Assembly: GCA_026770705.1 (NCBI GenBank)
Contig: JANJGN010000034.1
Coordinates: 15,128,001-15,192,000, forward strand
Direction of reading: 5' to 3'
Source of the DNA: Isurus oxyrinchus
Taxonomy: Eukaryota
Length of the DNA stretch: 64,000 nt
Within the stretch, counting starts at the first letter, position 1. Each line of letters begins with the position of its first letter. The translations under genes and the position numbers were made by a program. Under the pieces are notes generated by a model. It was not told the DNA's origin. It searched no databases and was given only the letters and a program-made list of their open reading frames with translations. Of the stretch, positions 13,601 to 23,699 are shown piece by piece.

Positions 13601-14521
13601 TCTGCCGTCTTTATCCAGTTTGGAGTACACGTGACTCCAGACCTACAACAATGTGGTTGACTCTTAACTGCCCCTCTGAAATGGCTGAGCAACCTACAGA
13701 ATGGAAATCAAAACAATGAGAGACAGGAAGTCTGTATTTTCGACACCTTCAGAAACTGACTGCTTTGCTGCCTTTTTAATTTTGTTTGGTTGCTATGATG
13801 ATAGGGCTGATCTATGTGTCTATTCTAAGCTCTGTTGCCTTGCAGTAATGAGACTTCTCAAAAAAATTTTTATGTCTGAGCTCCTCCAATTCTGACCTCT
13901 TGCCCATCCTCAAGGTTTAGGGAGGAAATTCCAGAGCTCAGGGTCCAGGCAGGTGAAGGCACGACTGCCAATGGTGGAGCGATGGAAATCGGAGATGTAC
14001 GTGAGGCTGGGTTAGAGGGACATAGAGGCCACAGAGAGTCATAGAGCCTGGAGGAAGTTACAGAGATAGGGAGGGTTGTAGGGGCTGGAGGAGGTTACAG
14101 AGATAGGGTTGTAAGGGCTGGAGGAGATTACAGGGATAGGGAGGGTTATAGGGTCTGGAGGAGGTTACAGAGATAGGGAATGTTGTAGGGGCTGGATGAG
14201 GTTACAGAGAAAGGGAGGGTTTGAGGGGCTGGAGGAAGTGACAGAGATAGGGAGGGTTGTAGGGCTTGAGAGGGTTACAGATATCATGGAGGGAATTGCA
14301 CACAAAGACCTGAATTTTAATTTTGAGGTATTCTCAGACATGGAGTCAGTGAGTGAATTGGACTTGGTATGAGTTTGTAAACTGGGAATCGATTCAGCAG
14401 TGACCCAATCAGAGCTCAATAAGAATTATCTTTTCCAAAGATTATTAACCATAAACCTGTCCAAGCTGACGATGATATTACCTTGGAGAAGTGACAGGAG
14501 GAAGTAAGATTTCCCGATCAT
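1540..14521 (-). CDS. Siglec-like receptor gene A (whole model): complement(join(14482..14521,10066..10428,8538..8834,6588..6684,2759..2843,1540..1656)), 999 nt, 332 aa
   Basis: All six exons have canonical AG/GT sites and compatible phases (1,1,1,2,0) and join into one open frame: signal peptide, V-set, C2-set, TM, Tyr-containing tail. The V domain has Siglec hallmarks (CVQIPC, DCSL, YYFR with Arg in place of the F-strand Cys). Confidence 0.85.
1757..2572. repeat. 24-bp minisatellite (TTGATTATTGATACTGAACGGGGT)n in the last intron of gene A
   Basis: About 30 visible tandem units; source of the LIIDTE.. repeat ORFs. Confidence 0.95.
2759..2843 (-). CDS. Gene A cytoplasmic exon 1 (KRSSTGRSHSVQAERVGSYSAGEQSDWSW)
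   Basis: ccctttctcattaaatacacag acceptor, GG|gtaagt donor; its 85 nt exactly bridge phase 2 (TM exon) to phase 0 (last exon); paralog at the equivalent position in gene B. Confidence 0.78.
3363..5650 (+). mobile_element. CR1 LINE 3' part, interrupted by a solo LTR
   Basis: GVPQGSVLGPQLF, FSDDT, LYRTLARPHLMYCVQFW motifs; CR1-type 3' UTR. Confidence 0.85.
3649..4898. mobile_element. Solo LTR-like element
   Basis: TGT...ACA termini flanked by AAGT (3645-3648 and 4899-4902); splits a CR1. Confidence 0.6.
5742..6080 (+). mobile_element. Deu-domain SINE (SacSINE1/AmnSINE1-like) remnant
   Basis: tactgagggaatactg..ggatgagac..ctgccctctc..gtaaaagatc..tgtgggagcttgctgtgcgcaaattggctgc; paralogous copy at 49780-50110. 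Confidence 0.6.
6092..6445 (-). mobile_element. tRNA-derived SINE
   Basis: Reverse complement of the SINE family at 13385/32066; LINE-like tail. Confidence 0.65.
6588..6684 (-). CDS. Gene A transmembrane exon ([33 protein letters not shown])
   Basis: ttttacag acceptor, AA|gtaagt donor, 97 nt, hydrophobic segment followed by basic stop-transfer residues; paralog at 50259-50355. Confidence 0.88.
6838..6992. repeat. Degenerate (GT)n microsatellite
   Basis: Visible GT runs; paralog at 50525-50870. Confidence 0.9.
6997..7919. mobile_element. Solo LTR-like element
   Basis: TG...CA termini with AAGT on both sides (6993-6996, 7920-7923); absent from the gene B paralogous intron. Confidence 0.6.
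7960..8290. repeat. 33-bp minisatellite (CAGTACTGAGGGAGTGCTGCACTGTCGGAGGGT)n
   Basis: About 10 tandem units followed by Deu-SINE-like sequence. Confidence 0.92.
8538..8834 (-). CDS. Gene A Ig C2-set exon
   Basis: Overlaps ORF 8485..8781; ctgttag acceptor, T|gtaagt donor, 297 nt; DKPTI...VSC...TC...LTW...[16 protein letters not shown], typical Siglec domain 2 including the extra Cys for the V-C2 disulfide. Confidence 0.92.
10066..10428 (-). CDS. Gene A Siglec-type Ig V-set exon
   Basis: Within ORF 9983..10447; ttttctccctag acceptor, TG|gtaagt donor, 363 nt; GSCVQIPC...W...GDCSLII...DAGPYYFR. Confidence 0.92.
10825..11240 (+). mobile_element. Penelope-like element (family 2) 3' remnant with decayed hammerhead motif (11173-11208)
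   Basis: Translates HLRMLEASYVDTQGPVLCRQKE (GIY-YIG C-terminus); ttgtc-CTGATGG-gtgcaagat-GAAA-agctt-tgaca. Confidence 0.6.
11903..12663. mobile_element. Solo LTR-like insertion in gene A intron 1
   Basis: (c)GTTATGA...TCATGACA inverted termini; empty site in paralog C near 36390. Confidence 0.65.
13385..13700 (+). mobile_element. tRNA-derived SINE
   Basis: A-box TGGCATAGTGG and B-box GGTTTGAATCC followed by a body shared with 32066 and 59635. Confidence 0.7.
14030..14290. repeat. ~34-bp tandem repeat (GTAGGGGCTGGAGGAGGTTACAGAGATAGGGAGG)n
   Basis: Tandem units within an L2-like tail; paralogs at 44020-44390 and 60985-61285. Confidence 0.88.
14482..14521 (-). CDS. Gene A leader exon ([13 protein letters not shown], phase 1)
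   Basis: acaATG start, hydrophobic stretch, CAAG|gtaata donor; near-identical copies at 44604-44643 and 61516-61555; upstream acceptor tttttctttcatag ending at 14562. Confidence 0.8.
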
Positions 14522-15064
14522 TGTCCACTCTCAGATATTTCTTCAGTTTCTCACTCTCAAGCTATGAAAGAAAAAGGAGTTAATGAGACCTCACCTCTTG
14601 TCCAACAGCTCTCGAGAGATCAGAACTGCTTTTAGACAATGTATTCACAGACTAATTTGATTCTCTGTGGGATGATAGGTGCTCTGCAGAGAGTTACAAG
14701 GCTTTAAGAAAGAAAAACAGTGAAGGATTGGCATATCAATAGCGCCTTTCGCCACCTCATGACGTCCCAAAGCTCAGGTCCCTGCACTTTTGTGCGACAG
14801 ATTGAGGCATAGGCCCCAATAACATGTCCCAAAGCACTTCTCGTTGAATAAAGCATTTTTTGATGTGTCATTTCTATTGTAATCTAGGAAATGGTGAGAA
14901 ATGCAGAATTCAATTTGCACACACGCACTGCAATGTGATGCTCAACAGATTATCTGGTTTTCAGCGGTATTGTTTGAGGGATAAACATGGGCCGTAAGAC
15001 CAGGGAGACCGCATTCAAAATTCCATCTACCTGAGACACTGCCTTAGTTTAACATTTCATCTGA

Positions 15065-15335
15065 ATGACTGCACCTCTGACTGCGCAGCACTCCCTCAGT
15101 ACTGACCCTCTGACAGTGCAGCACTCCCTCAATACTGACCCCCTGACAGTGCAGCACTCCCTCAGTACTGACCCCCTGACAGTGCAGCACTCCCTCAGTG
15201 CTGACCCTCTGACAGTGCAGCACTCCCTCAGTGCTGACCCTCTGACAGTGCAGCATTCCCTCAGTACTGACCCTCTGACAGTGCAGCACTCCCTCAGTAC
15301 TGACCCTCTGACAGTGCAGCAATCCCTCAGTACTG
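15065..15335. repeat. 33-bp minisatellite (reverse orientation)
   Basis: About 8 near-identical units. Confidence 0.92.
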
Positions 15336-15568
15336 GGACTAGGACCATAAGCTTGGATTTTGAGATCAAGTTGATGTCTCTAAGCATTCCAGTCCCTGGA
15401 ACTAAAAAGATGTTCTGCACAACAGACCTGAGCCTCATGCCCAGATCTCAATAATCAGTATAAATTTTTCTAAGGGATCAATAATTGGAATCTGTCTTCA
15501 TAAAGTCACAACATCAACAAAGGACGATGTTGGTCGTGAAAGTGAATTCCAATCATTCCATTACTTAC

Positions 15569-15653
15569 CCAGGACCTGTCCGCCTGCTCGCTTGGGGAGT
15601 AACTGCCTACACGCTCTGCTTGGGCCGAATGAGCTCTTCCTGTGCTGCTCCCT
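15569..15653 (-). other. Paralog of cytoplasmic exon 1 upstream of the gene A leader (possible 5'UTR exon)
   Basis: 85 nt, aligns with 2759-2843, intact cag/gtaagt, no ATG; TTAAATA directly upstream and TGACTCA at 15690-15696. Confidence 0.7.
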
Positions 15654-15924
15654 CTGTGTATTTAATGAGAAAGGGTGGATGTGTCACTGTGAGTCAAAAT
15701 GAGGAGGCGGTCGCTAATTGAGGAAGTAGCTCCTGACGTTGTTGGTAAACTGTTTACTGTTAATGTGAAAAGGTTGATGTGTCAACGTGAGTCGTCAGGA
15801 AGAGGGAGTACAGCTCCTTGGCTGCCAATACCTGAAAATGTTTACATCTTTGGGTGCGGACTCTGTGATGTTATTTCTGTTCACACCTGGAGAGCTGTTG
15901 ATGCTGTTCAACTGTCTGATTGTT

Positions 15925-16260
15925 CTCCTTCTGTTCCTGTGTAACAGACTCGAGGGGCTGAATGGGCCTCCTCCTATTCCTGTGTAACAGGCTCGAGGGG
16001 GCTGAATGGACCTCCTCCAGTTCATGTGTAACAGGGGCTCGAGGGCTGAATGGGCTTCATCTTGTTCCTGTGTAACAGGCTTGAGGGGCTGAATGGCCCT
16101 CCTCCTGTTCCTGTGTAACAGTCTTAAGGGGGTGAATAGGCCTCTTCCTGTTTCTGTGTAACAGACTCGAGGGGCTGTATGAACCTCCTCCTGTGTCTGC
16201 GTAACAGACTCGAGGGGGTGAATGAGCTTCTTCCTGTTCCTGTGTCACAGGCTGGAGGGG
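15925..16260. repeat. ~38-bp tandem repeat (TCCTGTGTAACAGGCTCGAGGGGCTGAATGGCCTCC..)n
   Basis: 8-9 units resembling the CR1 3' terminal stem-loop region. Confidence 0.85.
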
Positions 16261-16672
16261 TGGATATTTTATTTGAAGAAGCAGAAGAGGGTGATCATTG
16301 GAAATGTGTGATTGTCATTGATGGTGAGTGTCTTAAATGTCTGACTATCATTAATAATGGTCAACCCCAATGATTGTGGCAATACAGTGCAGAAAAGTGG
16401 ACAGTTTATCAAAGATCGATCATAGGCAAATAGGACTGGACAATACCATTCAACTGCACTTTGGATTTTATAATATGAGCACTTTAATTTTCCAAATATA
16501 ATATGGCCCTTAAAAAAATACCTGGGGTTAGGGAAAGTATTATACACGGGAACGAATCAAAATGGAGAGTTTTACAAAAAAACAAAAAACTGCGGATGCT
16601 GGAAATCCAAAACAAAAACAGAATTACCTGGAAAAACTCAGCAGGTCTGGCAGCATCGGCGGAGAAGAAAAG

Positions 16673-16711
16673 AGTTGACGTTTCGAGTCCTCATGACTCT
16701 TCGACAGAACT
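16673..16711 (-). ncRNA. Minimal type I hammerhead ribozyme-like motif
   Basis: agtt-CUGUCGA-a-GAGUC-augag-GACUC-GAAA-cGUC-aacu. Confidence 0.6.
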
Positions 16712-19035
16712 AGGCGAATCCCAGGAACGGGTGAAATATAAGCTGGTTTAAGCTGGTGGGGGGGTGGGGTTGGGTGGGGGGAGAGAAGTGGAGGGGGGTG
16801 GTGTGATTGTAGGCAAAAGCAGTGATAGAAGCAGATCATCAAAGGATGTCACAGACAGCAGAACAAAAGAACACATAGGTGTCGAAGTTGGTGATATTAT
16901 CTAAACGAACGTGCTAATTAAGAATGGATGGTAGGGCACTCAAGGTATAGCTCTAGTGGGGGTGGGGGGAGCATAAAAGATTTAAAAATATTTTAAATCT
17001 CATCTCCTCTGGGGATCTTCCTCGCACAGCTTCCAACCTGATAGTCGCCCAACCTCGGACAGTCCGCTTCTACCTCCTACCCAAAATCCACAAACAGAAC
17101 TTTCCCGATAGACCGATCGTGTCAGCTTGCTCCTGCCCCACAGAACTCATTTCTCGTTATCTTGACTCCCTTCTCTCTCCCCTTGTCCAGTCCCTCCCCA
17201 CCTACATCTGTGATTCCTCTGACACCTTACGTCACATCAACAATTTTCAGTTCCCTGGCCCCAACCGCTTCCTCTTCACCATGGACGTCCAATCTCTCTA
17301 CACCTCCATCCCCCACCAGGATGGTCTGAGGACCCTTAGCTTCTTCCTCGAACAGAGGCCCGAACAATCACCATCCACCACTACTCTCTTCCATCTGGCT
17401 GAACTTGTTCTCACACTGAACAATTTCTCCTTCAACTCCTCTCATTTCCTCCAAATAAAAGGTGTGGCTATGAGTACCCGCATGGGCCCCAGCTATGCCT
17501 GTCTCTTTATGGGGTATGTGGAACATTCCTTGTTGCAGTCCTACTCCGGCCCCCTTCCACAACTATTTCTCCGGTACATCGATGATTACTTCGGTGCTGC
17601 TTCGTGCTCTCGTCAGGACTTGGAAAAATTTATTAATTTGGCTTCCAATCTCCACCCCTCCATCATTTTCACATGGTCCATCTTTGACACTTCCCTTCCC
17701 TTCCTTGACCTCTCTGTCTCAATCTCTGGTGATTGACTGTCCACCAATATCCATTACAAACCTACCGACTCCCACAGCTACCTCGACTACAGCTCCTCAC
17801 ACCCCGCTTCCTGTAAGGACTCCATCCCATTCTCTCAGTTCCTTCGCCTCCGTTACATCTGTTCCGATGATGCTACCTTCAAAAACAGTTCCTCTGACAT
17901 GTCCTCCTTCTTCCTTAACCGAGGTTTTCCACCCACGGTTGTTGACAGGGCCCTCAACCATGTCCGGCCCATCTCCCGCACATCCGCCCTCACGCCTTCT
18001 CCTCCCTCCCAGAAACATGATAGGGTCCCCCTTGTCCTCACTTATCACCCCACCAGCCTCCGCAATCAAAGGATCATCCTCCGCCATTTCCGCCAACTCC
18101 AGCATGATGCCACCACCGAACACATCTTCCCTTCACCCCCCCTATCGGCATTCCGTAGGGATTGTTCCCTCCAGGACACCCTGGTCCACTCCTCCATCAC
18201 CCCCTACTCCCCAACCCCCACCTATGGCACCACCCCATGCCCACGCAAAAGATGTAACACCTGCCCCTTCACTTCCTGTCTCCTCACCGTCCAAGGGCCC
18301 AAACACTCCTTTCAAGTGAAGCAGCATTTCACTTGCATTTCCCCCAACTTAGTCTACTGCATTCGTTGCTCCCAATGCAGTCTCCGCTACATTGGAGTGA
18401 CCAAACATAAACTGGGCGACCGCTTTGCAGAACACCTGCGGTCTGTCCGCAAGAATGACCCAAACCTCCCTGTTGCTTGCCATTTCAACACTCCACCCTG
18501 CTCTCTTGCCCACATGTCTGTCCTTGGCTTGCTGCATTGTTCCAGTGAAACCCAACGCAAACTGGAGGAACAACACCTCATCTTCCGACTAGGCACTTTA
18601 CAGCCTTCCGGACTGAATATTGAATTCAACAACTTTAGGTCTTGAGCTCCCTCCTCCATCCCCACCCCCCTTCAGTTTCTTCCCCCTTCCTTTTGTTTTT
18701 TTCCAATAAATTATATAGATTTTACTTTTTCCCTCCTATTTCCATTATTTTTAAATATTTTTAAATCTTTTATGCTCCCTCCACCCCCACTAGAGCTATA
18801 CCTTGAGTGCCCTACCATCCATTCTTAATTAGCACATTCGTTTAGATAATATCACCAACTTCGACACCTGTGTTCTTTTGTTCTGCTGTCTGTGACATCT
18901 TTTGATGATCTGCTTCTATCACTGCTTTTGCCTACAACCACACCACCCCCCTCCACTTGTCTCCCGCCACCCAACCCCACCCTCCCCCCACCACCTTAAA
19001 CCAGCTTATATTTCACCCCTTCCTGGGATTCACCT

Positions 19036-19074
19036 AGTTCTGTCGAAGGGTCATGAGAACTCGAAACGTCAACT
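19036..19074 (+). ncRNA. Minimal type I hammerhead ribozyme-like motif
   Basis: Same motif, one mismatch in stem II. Confidence 0.55.
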
Positions 19075-20773
19075 CTTTTCTTCTCCGCCGATGCTGCCAG
19101 ACCTGCTGAGTTTTCCAGGTAATTCTGTTTTTGTTTTGGAGATTTTTACATCCAGCCTGGAGTGTTTCCTTTGGATGGGTTATGTGTGCTGATGTGTACC
19201 AATTAGCAAATGGCTTTTTGCTCATTTTCTTCTCAATTCCTCCTGCTCCTAAGGCATAAGTGAGGATTGTCACTTGTTTTCATTCATTTCCACCTTAATT
19301 TGGATGGCTGCTGTGTGTTAAAAGTTAAAATTTTTCATTCAAAATGTGAGTGTAGAGATTAATTCATTTAGTGTCACCTTAGTGGAGCCATTGGAATGGC
19401 CTTGCTTCTTCTCTGCTTTTCTTCAATCTTCCCTCAGTCCACATCTCAGTGTTACCCGCCCCTCCAAGTTTTTTTCTTCCTCTTCTATTTTTTCCCTCAG
19501 TTTCTCTTTCAATTGTTGTCAGGGCAAGGCTGTGGGGTCTTCATTTCTAATCTCTGCTTGACTATGCTTCTCTGCCTGTCTGTACTGAACAACCCTTTTA
19601 ATTCATGAATTCTTGATTTAAGATTTAAGAGGGATAAATTGGGAAATTATCAACCTGGTAATCTGTCATCTCACTAGAAATGGCCATTAAGGACAGAGTG
19701 ACTGAGTTTATATAAAGCTCCTCTCAGACCCCATCTGGAGTAACCGTGTTCGGTTCTGGGCCATGCACTTCAGGAAGGATATATTTTCCTTGGAGGGGGT
19801 GCAGCGCAGATTCACCAGAACAATCCCGGGGCTGAAAGAGTTAAATTCCGAGGTGTTTCCCCGAAGTCAGCTCTGAACAATATAGTGAGTGTCCGTGTGT
19901 TATCCTTGGAGTGAGCTTTCCAATTTAAAAATAAACCTGCCAGCAAAGCCTTTATACTTAAAAATGAAAAGATTAGTTTATTTCACCCAATCGCTCTGCA
20001 AGTTACCAAAGGAAGGTTTTTTTTTAATTCATTCTCAGGATGTGGGCGCCACTTCGCTAGGCCAGCATTAATTGCCCATCCCTAATTGTCCTTGAGCCAC
20101 CTGGGCTGAGGGTGAGTCCCAGTGGAGTTGGAAGTGTGGAATAGAGATCCATGTTGAAGATTTTTAAAGTGTGGTTATAGCTTTACAGGATTCCAAGATG
20201 GCATCGCCATTCACTGCAGAACAGTGGATTTCCTGCGCTTGCCAGTTTTGCAAAGTGGCGGTGGCCTGTTTCTGAGTGAAGAGTTTCTAACAATGGCTGC
20301 GTGGGTCAGCAGTCTCTCGACTTGACTCATTTCAGCAGTGTAGCACTGCGAGTAGCGAGGCATTTAAATTAACCCCACGCCTCCTGTTTAAAGATTCAGA
20401 CGGTCACGAGATCCCCGAGAGTTGAGTAAGTTGATTTTGTTTTTTTCTTTTTTTCAACTCCGAGGCCACGCATTGAGGCTTGGAGTCGGGGATCGGGATT
20501 AGCGATGGGTTTCGTTCAAGCAGCGCTTCTGACTGGATTAGTGAAAGGGACTTCTCAGGACTAGCTGTAGCCTGGAAATTAAAAAGATTTAGCTCACCCT
20601 TGCCATCTTCTGCTGCATAAAACCTTTAGCTCCCAGTTTGTTTCTCCTGAAGCAATTTCTAGCAAATTTTCTGTGTCTTTAGTTTCAGTGGGAGCTTTTA
20701 TCAGGTCAGAACCCATGGAAGACATTTGATTTCTTAGTTTTTCAGCATTCTTGTGAGGCTGAGCTGACACCAC

Positions 20774-21250
20774 GGGCAGAATTTCATCCTTGTCGGGCGG
20801 GCTTGGTGGGGACGCATCGGGAAGCCGACTGCCACCTGCGGTCGAGGCCGGAAGGCAATTTCACGCTGGCGGGCCAATTAAAGCCCGCCCAGCATGAAAC
20901 ACGAGAGGCGGGGGAGGAGGGCAAGCGCAAACTTCGCGTATGCACACGAGTGCGCGCTTGATAATCTACCTGAGGCAGCTCTGAAGAATTTTTTTAAAAA
21001 GTAACAAAATTAAAAATGTAATGAAACATGCCCCCTCATGTGACTCCGTAAGATTGGGCGGGCAGTGAAAAATTCTATTTAACTGATCCTTTCATGGCCT
21101 TATCAGGCCTTTTAATTGTCAGTGGGTGCGCTGCCGGCTCCGGCGCACGCCCACCGACGAAATATCGCGGGACTACGCATTGACGGGATGAGGAGGGTCA
21201 TTTTACCCTCGAGCAGGTCAGGTGCATGCCCGCCTGCCGAGCTAAAAATG
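20774..21250. mobile_element. PIF/Harbinger-like MITE
   Basis: Starts GGGCAGAATTT, the same terminus as 59159-59534; GC-rich quasi-palindromic body. Confidence 0.55.
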
Positions 21251-21534
21251 GTGTTGAGTGTTGTAATGGTGTTTGTTACAGCACGTGTCTGTTAAGAATG
21301 TCTTTGTAGTCTTCTGTATGTTAACAGCAAGTCTTTATTAACTACTTGTAACCATATAGATATTTACTGTAAAGGGTACAGGTGAGGAGATTTCTCCACT
21401 TTTGGGTTTTAACACGTCTCTGACCAACACCACGTTGACCCTTGGTCTGAGTTATGTGCCTTCTTATCACCGTGTGCTGGTACTTTACTCAGTCCCACCT
21501 CAACCCTCTACATTCTGATCCTTATACTACAGTA

Positions 21535-22865
21535 GGAGCTGGGGAAGGTTACAGAGATAGAGAGAGTTGAGGTCATGAGGAGCTCTTGAAAATAAAGTTG
21601 AGAATTTTAATATCAAGGATTGACCAAGAACCAGTGTGAGTCACCGAGCATAGGGCGTGAAAGGTGAACAGGACTTGGTGCACGCAAGGACGCGGGCAGC
21701 AGACTTTTGGACGGCCTCAAGTTTAGGGAGGGGAGAATGCGAGAGACCAGCTAGGCGTGTGTTGTAATAGTCGAGTCTGGACATATTGAAAGTGTTGATG
21801 AGGGTTTCAGTAGCAGATAAGCTGAGACAGGGTGAAGTCGGGCAATGTTACAGAGGTGGAAATAGGCAGTCTTAGTGATGGCACAAAAATGAGGCCAGAA
21901 GCTCATCTCAGGATCAAATGTGACACCAAAGTTGCAAAAAGACTGGCTAATTCTCAGAGAGCTGCCAGGGAGAGGAATGGAGTTGGTAGCGAGGGAACAG
22001 AGTTTGGAGCGGGGAATGAAGACAATGGCTTCAGTCTTTCCAGTATTTAGTTGGAGGAAATTTCTGCCCATCCAGTACTGGATGTCGGATAAGCAGCCTG
22101 ATAATTTAGCAGCAGTGGAGGAGTCGAGAGAGATGGTGGTGAGGTAGAACTGGGTATCCTCAGTGGACAGGTGAAAACTAACATTGTTCAGATGATGCTA
22201 CAAAGCCATTGCAAGTGATTCTCTAGCTATGATGAGATCGATAAGAATGGAACCAGGTGAAAGCACACTGGATAACAGTGGAGAGGTGTTGGAGGAGGGT
22301 GGTGTGCTTGACCATGTCAAAGGCTGCAGATCGAGAAGGACAAGGAAGGAAAGTTTACCTTCGTCACAGTCACACAGGATGCCATTTGTGACCTTGATAA
22401 GAGTCTTTTTGGTAGTAGCAGGGGCACAAACCTGACTGGAGAGTTTCAACATGGAGTTCCTGGAAAGATGGGAAAGCACGCAGGAGCTGGAAACACATTC
22501 AAGAACTTCTAAAAGAGAGGTTGGAGATGGGATGGGAGTTTACACGGATGGTGGAGTCAAGGATTTTTTTTTTGAGGAAGGGTGATGGCAGCAGTCTTGA
22601 AAGAAAGAGGGAGTGGATGCAAAGGGAGAGACTGGTTAACAATATTGGTTAACATGAGAGCCAGGAGGGGAAGTTGTGTGGTCAGCAGTTTGGTGGGAAC
22701 AGGGTTGAAGGGACAGGAGGTGGCTCTGATGGAGAAGATGAGTTCAGGGCGGCATGGTAGAGATAGGAGAGAAACTAGAGAAAGATGTGAGTTTAGGGCC
22801 GGAGCAGGGGGGAGGGAAGGTGACAGAGTTAGTTTGGCTCGGTGGGCTAATGAAAGGGAGGGAAC
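21535..22865 (-). mobile_element. L2 LINE, decayed
   Basis: ORF fragments MGRNFLQLNTGKTEAIVF, LIKVTNGIL..LVLLDL. Confidence 0.8.
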
Positions 22866-23020
22866 TGACACAGGATTGAATTTGTCCGTTTTGTCCTGGT
22901 GGATCATCAAACAATATCTAAAGACGTTTACAAAAAGAATGGATATAAGGATGTTGCCAACAGTGAGGGGCAATCCTGAAGGAGGATGTACGAATTGAAA
23001 CCCACAGATAATCACCTCAG

Positions 23021-23580
23021 TGTTATGACTTGGTAGATGATGTGTGCCAGGCAAACCAAATCTTCAAGAAAAACTTGGTCCCACCATCACAACACTCTTG
23101 CAATTTGTATTTATTACAAGAAAGTGGTGTGCACTGAATTCAGAAGTAATGAGTCCGCCAAGACCTTTAGAGATTTTAAAAATTAAATTAAAATATTTAC
23201 TAACAAAATAAAAGATTTCAAGCACCTACATAAGATTACAATTACCTAATACGATAGCAAATCCTAAAATTCAAAATTAACCTGACTCCCAGTTACACAC
23301 TCTCTTTAAGGCAATAGTCCAAAACACATTTTAGATTTTTAAAAAAGTAGTAAGTTAACACAGTACCCACTTGACAATGGAATCCTAAATGGCTTTCTCC
23401 AACTTCAGTTACTGCACATAACAGACTTATGCACAAATGGCTAGAGGCTTCTTAAAGTCTATTTCACACAACCTAGTTAGAACTTACATGGTCGTTACCT
23501 CACATAGCCTTTCATTCTCCTTTATATATGTTTCCCTCTCTTTAAGCTTGTTAAGCATAAGATTGATACTGGTGTAAATA
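23021..23580. mobile_element. LTR-like fragment (similar to 11903-12663)
   Basis: Begins TGTTATGAC; shares aattcag..aat.ag.cc.cc and later motifs; right end not seen. Confidence 0.45.
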
Positions 23581-23699
23581 ATTAATTTCAATAAAGTGTA
23601 AAGAGCAGGGTTACTAGAATAATTAATTAATTAATTAATTAAATGAGGTAGCGATGGCAGGATGTCGATGTGTTGCTGCTGAGGAATATGGGAGCTTCT

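Larger units (their letters stand above)
16575..19140 (+). mobile_element. Penelope-like retroelement (probably Neptune-type), RT + GIY-YIG, with an inverted copy of its 3' end at 16575-16996
   Basis: ORFs 17119..17736 (GVAMSTRMGPSYA, RYIDD) and 17899..18645 (CPRKRCNTC, LVYCIRC..YIGVT), one in-frame stop; 16600-16995 is the reverse complement of about 18750-19140. Confidence 0.92.

Noticed and set aside
14562-14594. Conserved AG|GTGAG 33 nt upstream of the leader-exon acceptor (apparent micro-intron)
   Set aside because: 33 nt is below the usual vertebrate intron minimum; more likely part of the branch-point region.
16260-16574. Possible L1/Tx1 endonuclease relic (FNCTLD-like) and unexplained sequence at 19140-20760
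   Set aside because: Too decayed to support a call without a database search.
17495-18319. Long Pro/Ser/Thr-rich overlapping ORFs (also 26778-27392, 28478-29263)
   Set aside because: Alternative-frame shadows of the C-rich Penelope ORF.
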